Shown here: positions 19,144 through 29,163 of the stretch, in pieces
Position numbering within the stretch: the first letter of the stretch is position 1
Layout of the letters: every line of letters begins with the position of its first letter
Assembly (NCBI GenBank): GCA_018238155.1
Contig: JABCTZ010000007.1
Coordinates: 1 to 64,000 of the forward strand
DNA length: 64,000 nt
From: Candidatus Heimdallarchaeota archaeon
Lineage (GTDB): Archaea > Asgardarchaeota > Heimdallarchaeia > JABLTI01
Direction of reading: 5' to 3'
Made by a program: the position numbers and the translations under genes
Notes under the pieces: model-generated
Seen by the model: the letters and a program-made list of their open reading frames with translations, nothing else
Databases searched by the model: none
Told to the model about the DNA's origin: nothing

Positions 19144-21348
19144 ATGGGGAAGTATTCAAGAAGAGGAAATAACTTGCATTTTCGAAAAGCAATTTACTTA
19201 TTTTTTATTCTAGTCATTCTTCTCAACAATTTGGGTATTTCATTTGAATTGTATGAGGTAATTCTAACAACAAATTCTTCAGTATCTGACTTTCCGATAA
19301 TTTCTCCTCAACCTCACCAACTCATTACCAGTGAGAAGAATCCTTTTGAATTTTCAAAGGTAGGGGCGTTTGATTATGGATTTGGTTCTCCTCGAGATAT
19401 TGTTGTGCAAGGTGAATTAGCTTTTATTGCTAGTGAGTGGGGTGGTCTACTGATTTTTAATGTGTCTGATCTTTCTCAACCTGAACTAATAGCTATTTTT
19501 GATGAGGATAGATCTATTTCTTCTGATTATCTATGGTCTTCTTCTTCTGAAGTTACTTCTGGTGTATTTGTTGAAGATGATTTAGTCTTTCTAGCGGATG
19601 GCGAAAATGGATTATTGATAATCAATATCTCAAAGTCAATCTCTCCACAATTAGTTGGTAAATTTCATGTAGATAATAATTTATTCAGGGTATATGTTAA
19701 GAGTTTTATTGCTTATGTTATAAGTGGTAATGCTCATGAAATTTTTCAAATAATTGATTTAAGTGTACCAAATTCTCCTTCTATGAAAGGAGAAATTAAT
19801 TACGAAAATGAAGGCATTGTAATTAAGGAATGTATTGTTAGAGATAACTATGCTTTCTTAGCAACTAATACTAAATTTATAGTAATCGATGTATCAAATC
19901 CTTTCAACCCTGTAGAAATAACTAGAGTAAACAATTTAGGTGGAAATACCCTCGCGCTGTATGATAATTATGCATTACTTACTTCTTCTACCGAAATTAA
20001 GATTATCAATATTAGCAATCCTAATCAGCCATTATATATAAACAGCACAGCATTTAACGTTGAATATATTGATAGTATTTGTTTAAAAGGCAATACTGTT
20101 TATTTATCTGATTGGGGGTCCCCAAAAATTATTGCTGTTGACCTTTCTGACATTTATAATCCTGTACAGATAAGTACAATCGGTAATTTTGATGTTGGTA
20201 TTAGTGAAAAAAACTTGGCAGTTAATGATGAGTATACTGATGGAGATATAGTTTTTTGTGCTGAAAAGCGAGGTCTTTTCATCTTTAACTTCACATCTCC
20301 TGCTGATGTTGAATTACTCAGTTACTTTGATACTGGTTCTCGAGCAATGGAAGTTAAAGTGGTTGATCAATATGCTTATCTTTGCTCTTGGAAACAATCA
20401 CCATATTATCCTTCGAGTTTTGAGATTCTTTCTTTAGAAAACATCTCTTCTCCATCTTTATTAGGTCGATATATATGTTGGAATCATACCATCTCAGATG
20501 TTTCTGTGTCTAATGGATATGCCTATTTATCCATTGTCTCTTATGGGTTACAAATCCTTGATATACATGACCCCACATCTCCAGCTTTAGTTGGTTGGGT
20601 GAATGATAGTGAAAATATGCGCAATGGTCTTTTTTATGATGAAAGCTCTTCTATTGTATATCTTACTGCTGGTTGGGATGGGGTATTGATTATTGATTGC
20701 CATATTCCAAAAAGTCCTGTTGTTCTGGGACATTACCAAAAGAGTGGATACTTTGTTTCTGAAGTTTTTCTTGAAGGAAACTATTTGTATCTTGGTACTT
20801 CTGATGATTCTGGTAGTTTGATCATTCTTGATGTAACAAATCCTGCTTCTCCTTTGTTCAAAAGCATTGTTTCAAGTGGAAGTGATTTAGGTGGTATGTA
20901 CATTGCAAATGGGTTTGCTTTTCTTACTACTGACAGTCCACTACTAGTTGTGTACGATATTTCTGATCCCTTGCATCCAGCTTTTGTTTCCTCTCTCTCA
21001 AATGGGATGCTTTGGGGTCAAGCTGTTGCTGTTAGTGGCACGACTGCTTTTATTGCCCAATATGCTGCTGGGCTTCGTGCAGTTGATATCAGTAAATTAG
21101 ACAATCCTAAGGAGATTGCTGCTATTCGCGATCATTATAATGGTCTAAGTTTTGATGTTTTTATTCAAGATGATTACATTTTTGTAGCTGATAGTTGGGA
21201 TGGCTTGGAAATATATCAGTTGGTACGATCTCAATTGCTTTCGAAGACAACTATTATCCTTTTGTCAACTTTGATACCTTGTGGTCTAGTGATCACTATT
21301 GGGACATTTTTTGTTTTTCGACGAAGAAAAAAAACTGATGCCCTCTAA
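19144..21348 (+). CDS. LVIVD-repeat surface protein with C-terminal TM anchor
   Basis: Many GL.I.D.S.P..P repeats; N-terminal signal/TM; C-terminal TM followed by RRRKK. Confidence 0.85.
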   Translation: MGKYSRRGNNLHFRKAIYLFFILVILLNNLGISFELYEVILTTNSSVSDFPIISPQPHQLITSEKNPFEFSKVGAFDYGFGSPRDIVVQGELAFIASEWGGLLIFNVSDLSQPELIAIFDEDRSISSDYLWSSSSEVTSGVFVEDDLVFLADGENGLLIINISKSISPQLVGKFHVDNNLFRVYVKSFIAYVISGNAHEIFQIIDLSVPNSPSMKGEINYENEGIVIKECIVRDNYAFLATNTKFIVIDVSNPFNPVEITRVNNLGGNTLALYDNYALLTSSTEIKIINISNPNQPLYINSTAFNVEYIDSICLKGNTVYLSDWGSPKIIAVDLSDIYNPVQISTIGNFDVGISEKNLAVNDEYTDGDIVFCAEKRGLFIFNFTSPADVELLSYFDTGSRAMEVKVVDQYAYLCSWKQSPYYPSSFEILSLENISSPSLLGRYICWNHTISDVSVSNGYAYLSIVSYGLQILDIHDPTSPALVGWVNDSENMRNGLFYDESSSIVYLTAGWDGVLIIDCHIPKSPVVLGHYQKSGYFVSEVFLEGNYLYLGTSDDSGSLIILDVTNPASPLFKSIVSSGSDLGGMYIANGFAFLTTDSPLLVVYDISDPLHPAFVSSLSNGMLWGQAVAVSGTTAFIAQYAAGLRAVDISKLDNPKEIAAIRDHYNGLSFDVFIQDDYIFVADSWDGLEIYQLVRSQLLSKTTIILLSTLIPCGLVITIGTFFVFRRRKKTDAL

Positions 21349-21544
21349 GGGGAAGATTCTTATTTTCTTTCAATAAAAGAAACTCTAAACTCATTATTTC
21401 AATACTTCTTCTTTAGTAATAGTGCTGTTTTTCATTACTACCTACCAACAAATTATTGTACAATTAAATGTCTGAGATTTTCTATTTAAATACCAAACAT
21501 TTCCCTTGATTCCTAATCTTAGCCTGGAAAAATAAGCTCCTAGT

Positions 21545-21576
21545 GATCGCGGATTCAAATTCCGGCTCGGCCACCA
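21545..21576 (+). repeat. Near-perfect copy of the tRNA-Pro 3' end (attR-like)
   Basis: 27-bp exact match CGGATTCAAATTCCGGCTCGGCCACCA (21550-21576 = 8705-8731); 31/32 overall. Confidence 0.95.
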
Positions 21577-21612
21577 ATATTTCCTACTGACTGTTAAATT
21601 TTTATATTCTTT

Positions 21613-21828
21613 TTGGATATATACTATATGTGGACGTTTCCTAATTTGATTCCTGAATCCAAGCTAACTCCTGAACAACGTGTAAAAATCACTTGTGATT
21701 TATCTAATACGTTTTTAGCTATTTTTCTTAGTTCACTTGAAGTTCGTTTTTCTAATCTTAGTCCTACAGAACGTATTGATTATTTGAAAAAATTGGTGAG
21801 AGATCGTGAGCGAAATAGGCGCCTTTGA
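21613..21828 (+). CDS. Small protein overlapping the nucleotidyltransferase gene; putative antitoxin-like partner
   Basis: LTPEQRVK motif; 3' end overlaps the GTG at 21806. Confidence 0.5.
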   Translation: MDIYYMWTFPNLIPESKLTPEQRVKITCDLSNTFLAIFLSSLEVRFSNLSPTERIDYLKKLVRDRERNRRL

Positions 21829-22372
21829 TTTACTAATACAATGAACTGTTCATTGTTTAAATGACGCTTCTATTGATTATTGTATTGTAGGTGCTATTGC
21901 AGCTAGTTATTATGGATCTGTTCGCTCTACGGAAGACTTGGATGTAATTATTGATTTGTCAACTAAAAATATTGAGCAAATAAGAAGACTAAGAAATTGT
22001 CTTCACTCCTCTAACATTGATTTAATTGAAAATGATATGTTACAATGATTGCTTGTGAAAAGTCATATTACTGCTTTTGATACTCGAACTTATTTCTATC
22101 GTGTTGACTTTAAAGGGGTTTATTCTTCTCTGGATAGAGTGACAATGTCAAATAAAGTTAAAGTTACAATATTGGATGATTTAGAGGCCTGGCTAACTAC
22201 TCCTGAGTTACAAATTGTCGCAAAACTACTGCTTGGTATGCGTAGTGAAAAGGACCTTGCTGATATCAAAAATATTTTGCTAAATTATAAAGAATTCCTT
22301 GACTTAAAGATTCTAAGACAACCCGAAAAAGAATTTTGTGTTGTAGAAATATTAGATCAGTTATTAGATTAA
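21806..22372 (+). pseudogene. DUF6036/AbiEii-like nucleotidyltransferase interrupted by two in-frame TGA codons
   Basis: YCIVGAIAASYYGSVRSTEDLD motif and K...RSEKDLAD; TGA at 21842 and 22046. Confidence 0.75.
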
Positions 22373-22398
22373 TTTAAGACTAATTATTTGAATAGTCA

Positions 22399-22425
22399 CG
22401 GATTCGAATTTCGCTTCAATCACAA
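22399..22425 (+). repeat. Highly degenerate copy of the tRNA-Pro 3' end
   Basis: CGGATTCGAATTTCGCTTCAATCACAA, 19/27 ungapped versus 8705-8731, followed by a T-run. Confidence 0.5.
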
Positions 22426-22543
22426 TTTCTTTTCTTTCTTTTTTTTGTTTAACAGTTCAAGCGTAAAGTATAAAAAAGACTAATATTATCATTCAATATT
22501 CGTTGAGTGTTTAAAAGATTTTGAAGAAACTTGGGTATGGACA

Positions 22544-24298
22544 ATGGGCTACAAAAAATGGTTTGTAAAACACATCTTTAAAGAAATATTATTGTTTCTA
22601 GTAATGTTGCTGTTTCTGATATTGTATATTGGTACAGTTTCAATTACTCCTTTATTAATTGGCAATGTTTTTGCTGAATTATCTAAACCTAGTGGAACCA
22701 TACAACCAATACTTCTAACATCACTCTATATTGTAATAGCTGGTGTGATACGCACTGTAGGTGATTACATTCAAAGTTATACTAATGAATTAATTGCTCA
22801 TAAAGTAACCAAAAATGTTACAGAAGAATTCTATGATGATATGTTAGAAAAGAGCCAAGAATTTCACGATAGAGTAAGAATAGGTGATGTCATGGCTCGT
22901 GCAACTTATGACACCCGACAAATGAATATTTTTATTTCTCCAGGATTAAAATTTCTCTTTGAAGCATTATTCACACTTACCTTTTCAATTTCATTGATGA
23001 TTTATATTGATCCTAAATTGACTCTCCTTCTTGCTGCTGCTTTACCTTTTTATATATTTACTATTTGGGAATATAATCGAAAATTGGGTCCCATTTCAAA
23101 AGCACAAGTAGAGCAAAATAGTCTTATGAATGCTCGTTTGCAAGAAAGTATAACAGGTATCCGTGTTGCTCGAGCCTTTGTGAAGGAAAAAGAAGAAATC
23201 TCCGCGTTTGATAAAGAAACTGAAAAATTAAGAGAAATAAACACTCGAAGAGGTATACTTGGTGCGAGATACTATGCAATTATAATTACAATTTTTATTA
23301 CTGCTGTAAGTTTCTTATGGGGTGCCTATGAAGTTTCAGTAGGTAATATGACACTTGCAAATCTCATTACTTTTGTTATGTTGATGATGACTTTAATGAT
23401 GCCAACTTGGCAAGTCGGCTGGACCATTACTCAATTTCAGATTGGTATGGCTGCAGCAAAACGGATTTATGAAATGAAAGAACGAGAAGAATATGTTCCT
23501 GAACCTACGAACCCTCAAGAATGGCAAAATCGATTCGGTGACATAAATTTTGAAAATGTTTCATTTTCGTATAATGGTAAAAGTAGTAGAAGTAAGGCAT
23601 TAAATAACATCAATTTTAAAGTTACCGGTGGATCAACAGTTGCTATTATTGGTAATCCCGGTTCAGGTAAATCTACTCTCATTAAGCTTTTAATGAGATT
23701 ATATGACCCTACTAGTGGAACGATATACGTTGATGACATAAATATACGTGATATAAATATTGCTAATCTCAGAGACAATATTGGTGTTATTGAACAAGAG
23801 GTTTTTCTATTCAGTAAAACCATACGAGAAAACATTGCTTATGGCAAACCTCATGCAACACATGAAGAAATTGAACAAGCAGCAACATTAGCTCAAGCAC
23901 ATGATTTCATAATGGGATTCGAAAATAAATATGATACCATAGTAGGTGAACGTGGTGTTACACTTTCTGGGGGACAAAAACAGCGAGTAGCTATTGCTCG
24001 AGCACTTCTCGTTAATCCGGCAATATTAATCCTGGATGACGCAAGTAGTGCAATTGACGCTGAAACAGAGAGGAAAATCCAAATTGCAATTGCAAATGTT
24101 TTGAAAGATAGAACCACGTTTATTATTACCCATAGATTAGCAACGATAAAAAATGCCGATATAATTATCGTTCTAAGAAATGGTTCTCTCATGGATAATG
24201 GAACTCATTCAGAACTTATTTTACGAAATATTGACTATAGACGACTATTTGAACGATTCTCGGAGTTACCTCCGATGGAAAAAGTGGAGGGCACTTAA
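22544..24298 (+). CDS. ABCB-type exporter half transporter (TMD+NBD), subunit 1
   Basis: Six TM segments; GNPGSGKS, LSGGQ, degenerate Walker B ILDDASS. Confidence 0.9.
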   Translation: MGYKKWFVKHIFKEILLFLVMLLFLILYIGTVSITPLLIGNVFAELSKPSGTIQPILLTSLYIVIAGVIRTVGDYIQSYTNELIAHKVTKNVTEEFYDDMLEKSQEFHDRVRIGDVMARATYDTRQMNIFISPGLKFLFEALFTLTFSISLMIYIDPKLTLLLAAALPFYIFTIWEYNRKLGPISKAQVEQNSLMNARLQESITGIRVARAFVKEKEEISAFDKETEKLREINTRRGILGARYYAIIITIFITAVSFLWGAYEVSVGNMTLANLITFVMLMMTLMMPTWQVGWTITQFQIGMAAAKRIYEMKEREEYVPEPTNPQEWQNRFGDINFENVSFSYNGKSSRSKALNNINFKVTGGSTVAIIGNPGSGKSTLIKLLMRLYDPTSGTIYVDDINIRDINIANLRDNIGVIEQEVFLFSKTIRENIAYGKPHATHEEIEQAATLAQAHDFIMGFENKYDTIVGERGVTLSGGQKQRVAIARALLVNPAILILDDASSAIDAETERKIQIAIANVLKDRTTFIITHRLATIKNADIIIVLRNGSLMDNGTHSELILRNIDYRRLFERFSELPPMEKVEGT

Positions 24299-24299
24299 A

Positions 24300-26111
24300 T
24301 TGACCGAATCTCAATCTTACAAAGAAGATTATGATAGAATATATACCGATAAAGAACTTCTCAAAAGATTCTGGAAATATTTATCAGCTTATAAATTACA
24401 ATTAACAGTAATAATTATTGGTATTTTAATTATATCAGGTGTTAGTATCCTACCTCCAATGATGATTCGATGGGCATATGATCGATTGGAGTTGGGTGAA
24501 GGGTGGACTGCCGTTGCCCCCTATGCTATAACCTATGTTGGTCTATCTATTCTGTTATGGGGTTTACAAGTGGTGCAATCAATAATCGTTACCATTGTTA
24601 CTCAAAAAATAATAAAAAGAATTCAGATGGAAACTTACCAAAGCTTGCAAGAGCACGATTTAAGCTTCTTTGATAGACAAGCCACTGGAAAAATAATGTC
24701 CAGATTGACAAACGATTCGCAAGAACTAAACGAAATGATTAATGTGGTTGCTAATTTCATCTCTAATTTTGTAATAGTTTTTTCAGTGCTTGGAGTAATG
24801 TTTTACGTCAATTGGCGATTAGCACTTGTAACATTGGGTATGGGTCCTATTGTTTTCTTAGTTGGCCTTCTATTTAGACGAGTAATTAGACAAACGAGTG
24901 GAAAATGGCGTGCAGCAATTGGAAAAGTAAATGCTTCTTTCCAAGAAAGCGTGTCTGGAATATCTGTTGCGAAAGCATTTGGTCGTGAAGACAAATCGAA
25001 AGAAGAATTCGAAGTAATAAATGATGCAACATTTCAACTTGCAAGAAAAAGAGCATTTGCAATAACCGGTATTTGGCCTGTGATGGATGGAATAAGTATT
25101 CTTGGAGTATTTGGCATCAATCTATTTGGCAGCTGGTTGTTTTTCGCAAACCTTGCCTCAAGTTCCACAATACTATTTTTCATATTTTTATTGAATAGAT
25201 TTCTTTATCCCTTGATGCGTGTTGCTGCACAAATATCTACAATCCAAAGTGGTTTTGCTGCTATGGAGCGAATTTTTAGTATAATTGACGCTGAAAAAAT
25301 AGTTAAAAATCCTGAGAATCCAATAATCAAAGAAATTGAAGGGCAAATTTCTTTCGAGAATGTACATCAACATTACATTGAAGGCACGCCAGTTTTAAAG
25401 AATATTAACCTTGAAATAAAATCAGGTGAGTCTATAGCAATAGTTGGACACACAGGTGCAGGAAAAACAACTATCGCTTCATTACTGATGAGATTTTATG
25501 ATATTAATGGAGGTTCTATCAAAATTGACGGTGTTGATTTACGTGATTTTGATATCCAAAACCTCAGATCACAAATTGGCTTAGTAAGCCAAGATGTTTT
25601 TCTTTTCAGTGGTACGGTTCTTGATAATATTCGCTATAGTAAACCTGATGCAACAATTGAAGAAATTGAGAACGTTCTACGCATTGTTTCTGCAATAGAA
25701 TTTATTGATGCCTTACCTGATGGCTTAGATACTGTACTTGGTGAACGTGGGAAAGGTCTATCTGCAGGTCAAAGACAGATGGTTTCTTTCGCTCGAACTT
25801 TATTGACAGATCCGAAAATTTTAATTTTAGATGAGGCAACCGCTGCTGTTGATGCTTATACTGAATCAAAGATTCAAGATGCTCTGGATAAACTTCTTGC
25901 TAATAGAACCTCAATCGTAATTGCACATCGCTTAACAACAATCAAAAATTCTGATAGGATTATTGTCCTCGATCATGGTGAGCTAGTGGAACAAGGAAAT
26001 CATGATAGTCTAATGAATGAAAAAGGACTTTATTCAGAACTTTACGAGACATATTTTAAGCATCAATCCGCAGAATGGATATCAGAAATCGGCAATGTTT
26101 TTTCTGAATGA
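24300..26111 (+). CDS. ABCB-type exporter half transporter, subunit 2 (TmrAB-like heterodimer)
   Basis: GHTGAGKT, degenerate LSAGQ and ILDEAT; TTG 24300 follows GGAGG. Confidence 0.9.
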   Translation: MTESQSYKEDYDRIYTDKELLKRFWKYLSAYKLQLTVIIIGILIISGVSILPPMMIRWAYDRLELGEGWTAVAPYAITYVGLSILLWGLQVVQSIIVTIVTQKIIKRIQMETYQSLQEHDLSFFDRQATGKIMSRLTNDSQELNEMINVVANFISNFVIVFSVLGVMFYVNWRLALVTLGMGPIVFLVGLLFRRVIRQTSGKWRAAIGKVNASFQESVSGISVAKAFGREDKSKEEFEVINDATFQLARKRAFAITGIWPVMDGISILGVFGINLFGSWLFFANLASSSTILFFIFLLNRFLYPLMRVAAQISTIQSGFAAMERIFSIIDAEKIVKNPENPIIKEIEGQISFENVHQHYIEGTPVLKNINLEIKSGESIAIVGHTGAGKTTIASLLMRFYDINGGSIKIDGVDLRDFDIQNLRSQIGLVSQDVFLFSGTVLDNIRYSKPDATIEEIENVLRIVSAIEFIDALPDGLDTVLGERGKGLSAGQRQMVSFARTLLTDPKILILDEATAAVDAYTESKIQDALDKLLANRTSIVIAHRLTTIKNSDRIIVLDHGELVEQGNHDSLMNEKGLYSELYETYFKHQSAEWISEIGNVFSE

Positions 26112-26307
26112 TTAATTTCATTACTTAGATATGATATTCGTGAATGAAATAAAAAACGAAATTACTTATCGTCCTATAGGTTTTATTAAAACACCATTTG
26201 ATACTTCAGAAGGGATGCCTATTCAGTCATCTTTTACACAAGCAAAAGGAATAATATTTCTTCGGAAAGAATTTCACAATGCCTTGAAAGGATTAGAGGA
26301 TTTCTCC
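26051..26307 (+). repeat. Left copy of a ~260-bp imperfect direct repeat (ABC gene 3' end plus trmO 5' part)
   Basis: Aligns with ~30763-31020, e.g. GCAGAATGGATATCA and CCATTTGATACTTCAGAAGGGATGCCTATTCA; left end approximate. Confidence 0.85.
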
Positions 26308-26316
26308 AGGGTCTGA
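26131..26316 (+). pseudogene. trmO: Truncated 5' fragment of trmO/tsaA
   Basis: Nearly identical to the first ~59 aa of 30844-31356, then diverges and stops. Confidence 0.85.
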
Positions 26317-26703
26317 AAAAAGGTGTTCGAAAACCTGTGAAAGAAAGACTATATGTTCCTTTGTTTCATCTACAATGCGTAACTAGTGCTGTTTAAGATG
26401 ACCATCACCATTGCAAACACCACACAAGTAGGCTAAAGCGTTTGTTACTTTCGTTGGGACTGAGTATTTTTTCCTTCAAGTGCTTTCGAAAAATAATCCA
26501 TCAAATTTAAGATCTAGTAATGGCAAATCCAGTACTTTACATGCACAACGATATAGTGTGTAGGGCATTGCTCCACGTTCGAGATAATCAATTATTCTCT
26601 TCTTCCACTTTATTATGCTAGAATTAACCGACTTGTAAAAATAATCTTGAGCAAACTCTGCTATGAGGAGGACTTTCTTTTTGATTTCTTCATTAAGTAA
26701 CAA
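26307..26703 (-). pseudogene. Decayed LAGLIDADG homing-endonuclease-like gene
   Basis: Read-through of the 75-aa ORF: FEST*RKKYSVPTKVTNALAYLCGVCNGDGHLKQH*LRIVDETKEHIVFLSQVFEHLF; truncated at the trmO junction. Confidence 0.7.
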
Positions 26704-26753
26704 ATTAATGTTTTAGTGGTCGTGGCTTCACAATCCACCTTGACCACCACTTT

Positions 26754-29138
26754 TTATTCTTCTTTTAAATTGTTAGCTAATTCTTGTTTAGTATTATGAA
26801 TCCATCCTGGGATTACTGCAATCAATACTGTTCCTAAAGTAAATAACAAAGTAACCCAAATCGTTTGCCAACTGAAACAATATGGGATTTTTTGAGTGTA
26901 TTCTTCTATCCAGTACAAAAATATAAATGTGATTGGATAAGCAAGTGCAATGCCAAGTAGTACTGAAATTGGCATTAGTATTGCATTCTCAACTACACTT
27001 ATTTGAAGGATTGAGCCATTAGAAAATCCAAAAGCACGCATAATTGCAAATTCTCTTGTTCTCTCGAGTGATGAAATAAATGTCGTGTTGAAAATTGCTA
27101 TGAATGCGACTATAAATCCTAAAATCATTGCAATAGAAGCAATTTCTTGTTCAATATATACTATCTCCATCATTTGTTTCAAGAAGAATTCATCTGTGTA
27201 CGCGAAACTTATCCTAATTTCATTATCATTTAATATATCCACAATTTCATCTCTGTACCCTTCCTCCACAATCATTCTCATAGAATTAAAGTGGATTGCA
27301 GGTCCAATGATTGATTCTAGATATTCTTTCTGTATAACGATTGTTGAAGGCATCGCCCAAGAATCAGATACTCCAATAATTGTAAACTCAAGTTGCATTT
27401 GATAAAACCAAATAGTAATATTATCTCCATTTGATAATCCTAGGTCATGTATCAATCGAGCATTTATTAGGCACTCATTTGTTCCTTCTGTCACGAAATT
27501 ATGTCCTTCTCCAAAGGAAAAATTTGTCATAGTACTATTCCACGGTTGTACTTTTAGGAATATAATAGATGTATCATTAGCTGTCGTCATTGTTGGTATT
27601 TCTAGATATGGTTCAACTTCTTCCACATGTGGTAGATCTGTATAGGAATCTATCACATCTTGAGATATTGGTTGATAGAAGTTTGCCTTTACATTCCAAT
27701 TAATGCACTCATTGATGTTTATCGGAATTTGAGTATTTGTAATATCAACTACTGCTACTAAAGACGCACTTAATGCAAGTGCACTCATAACTGCGAAAAT
27801 TGTTACCCAAGTTCTTACTTTTTGCCTGTTAAGGTTTCTTATACCAATTCTTGGTATTTGTGGTAGATACTTTGTAAATAATAGATAATCCATAATCGAT
27901 TTCTTAGTTATATTTGCTGTCATTTTACCACGTAAAGCTTCATAGGGATTCATTTTTGCCACACCCAATGTTGGGATTATTGCAAAAATTAGTGTTGTAC
28001 CCATTGCCATTGCACAAACCCAAAAAATGGTGAACCAATCAACACTTAATGCAATGGTTGTTACTCCCCATGATTGTCCTAAACTCATAGTGATTAAGGC
28101 AAGTATACCATATGATGCACCTGATCCTAATAGACATCCAATTGCTCCTAGGACTGTAGCCCGAATAGTGAACATACGAATAATCGCTCTGTGCTTAAAT
28201 CCAAAACTATGAAAAACACCGATTAATCTTCTTTGTTCTGCAACGAATCTGCTCATAATAATATACATGACAAAACCGCTGATTATTATCGTTAAAATTG
28301 TACAAACACCTAAGTATTTCGCAACGAGATTTGCTACAACTATCAACTCTGATCTTATAGATAATTCTCGTGGATACGAAACACAGGCTAATGGATTCCC
28401 TTGAGAGATGAAGTGTTCACGAACTCTTTCACCAATTACTAGAACTTCTTCATGTGGAGCTTTCTCATTCAAATAGACAAGAACACTCGTATAGGTATTA
28501 CTCTTAAGACCTAATAGTTCTCTAACAATGGCTTCATCCATCCAAAAAACAGCCTTATTTGTCAGCTTGAAATTTAACCATTCTATTGAATGCACAAAAG
28601 CGACTATCGTCAATGTTTTTTTCCCTGTTAACCCTCTTATTACAATTTCATCGCCTAATTCCAAATTAGCCGCTTCTGCAAAACTGCTATGTACCATTAC
28701 TTCATTTAATTCATCTGTAAAATTCCCTTCCTCGAGAGCAATTTGATTAATTCTTGGTGGTGAGGTACTATCTACACCAATGAAAACTGCAGAATAATCT
28801 CTTGTTAGATTTTTAGTAGAACCTGATGCAATAACCCTTTTCTCAACTAGAGCAGTGCTATTCGTTTCTTCATCTACAATTATTTCAATTTGCTGTACAT
28901 GTGTCTCATTGAATAACCTACTATCAAACCCTATATGTCCTAACTTAAGAACTTCAGATTCATTCTCAAGTGACAATGTTAGTGAGTCAGAAGTTTTCAG
29001 AAAAGCAATGGGGAATGCAGTAACAAACATAATAGCAATAATTGTAATAAGACTCCTTGTTTTTTTCTGATAGATATCTCTAATTGCAGATTTGGCTATC
29101 AATAAGTTTCTCTTTGGACATCGAATTTTTCTAGTCAT
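26754..29138 (-). CDS. FtsX/MacB-like ABC permease
   Basis: EQRRLIGVFHSFGF and ERTREFAIMRAFGF motifs; duplicated architecture. Confidence 0.85.
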   Translation of the reverse strand: MTRKIRCPKRNLLIAKSAIRDIYQKKTRSLITIIAIMFVTAFPIAFLKTSDSLTLSLENESEVLKLGHIGFDSRLFNETHVQQIEIIVDEETNSTALVEKRVIASGSTKNLTRDYSAVFIGVDSTSPPRINQIALEEGNFTDELNEVMVHSSFAEAANLELGDEIVIRGLTGKKTLTIVAFVHSIEWLNFKLTNKAVFWMDEAIVRELLGLKSNTYTSVLVYLNEKAPHEEVLVIGERVREHFISQGNPLACVSYPRELSIRSELIVVANLVAKYLGVCTILTIIISGFVMYIIMSRFVAEQRRLIGVFHSFGFKHRAIIRMFTIRATVLGAIGCLLGSGASYGILALITMSLGQSWGVTTIALSVDWFTIFWVCAMAMGTTLIFAIIPTLGVAKMNPYEALRGKMTANITKKSIMDYLLFTKYLPQIPRIGIRNLNRQKVRTWVTIFAVMSALALSASLVAVVDITNTQIPININECINWNVKANFYQPISQDVIDSYTDLPHVEEVEPYLEIPTMTTANDTSIIFLKVQPWNSTMTNFSFGEGHNFVTEGTNECLINARLIHDLGLSNGDNITIWFYQMQLEFTIIGVSDSWAMPSTIVIQKEYLESIIGPAIHFNSMRMIVEEGYRDEIVDILNDNEIRISFAYTDEFFLKQMMEIVYIEQEIASIAMILGFIVAFIAIFNTTFISSLERTREFAIMRAFGFSNGSILQISVVENAILMPISVLLGIALAYPITFIFLYWIEEYTQKIPYCFSWQTIWVTLLFTLGTVLIAVIPGWIHNTKQELANNLKEE

Positions 29139-29163
29139 TTTTATATCACAACAAAAAATCTTG

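Larger units (their letters stand above)
8732..22425. mobile_element. Composite genomic island region at the tRNA-Pro 3' end: three cargo segments, no integrase seen
   Basis: tRNA 3'-end copies at 14984-15012, 21545-21576 and 22399-22425; cargo of accessory genes and pseudogenes. Confidence 0.7.

Noticed and set aside
21842-22048. Genome-wide UGA reassignment or selenoprotein
   Set aside because: TGA ends intact genes here (ftr, hutI, nadE), and other pseudogenes contain TAA and TAG stops as well
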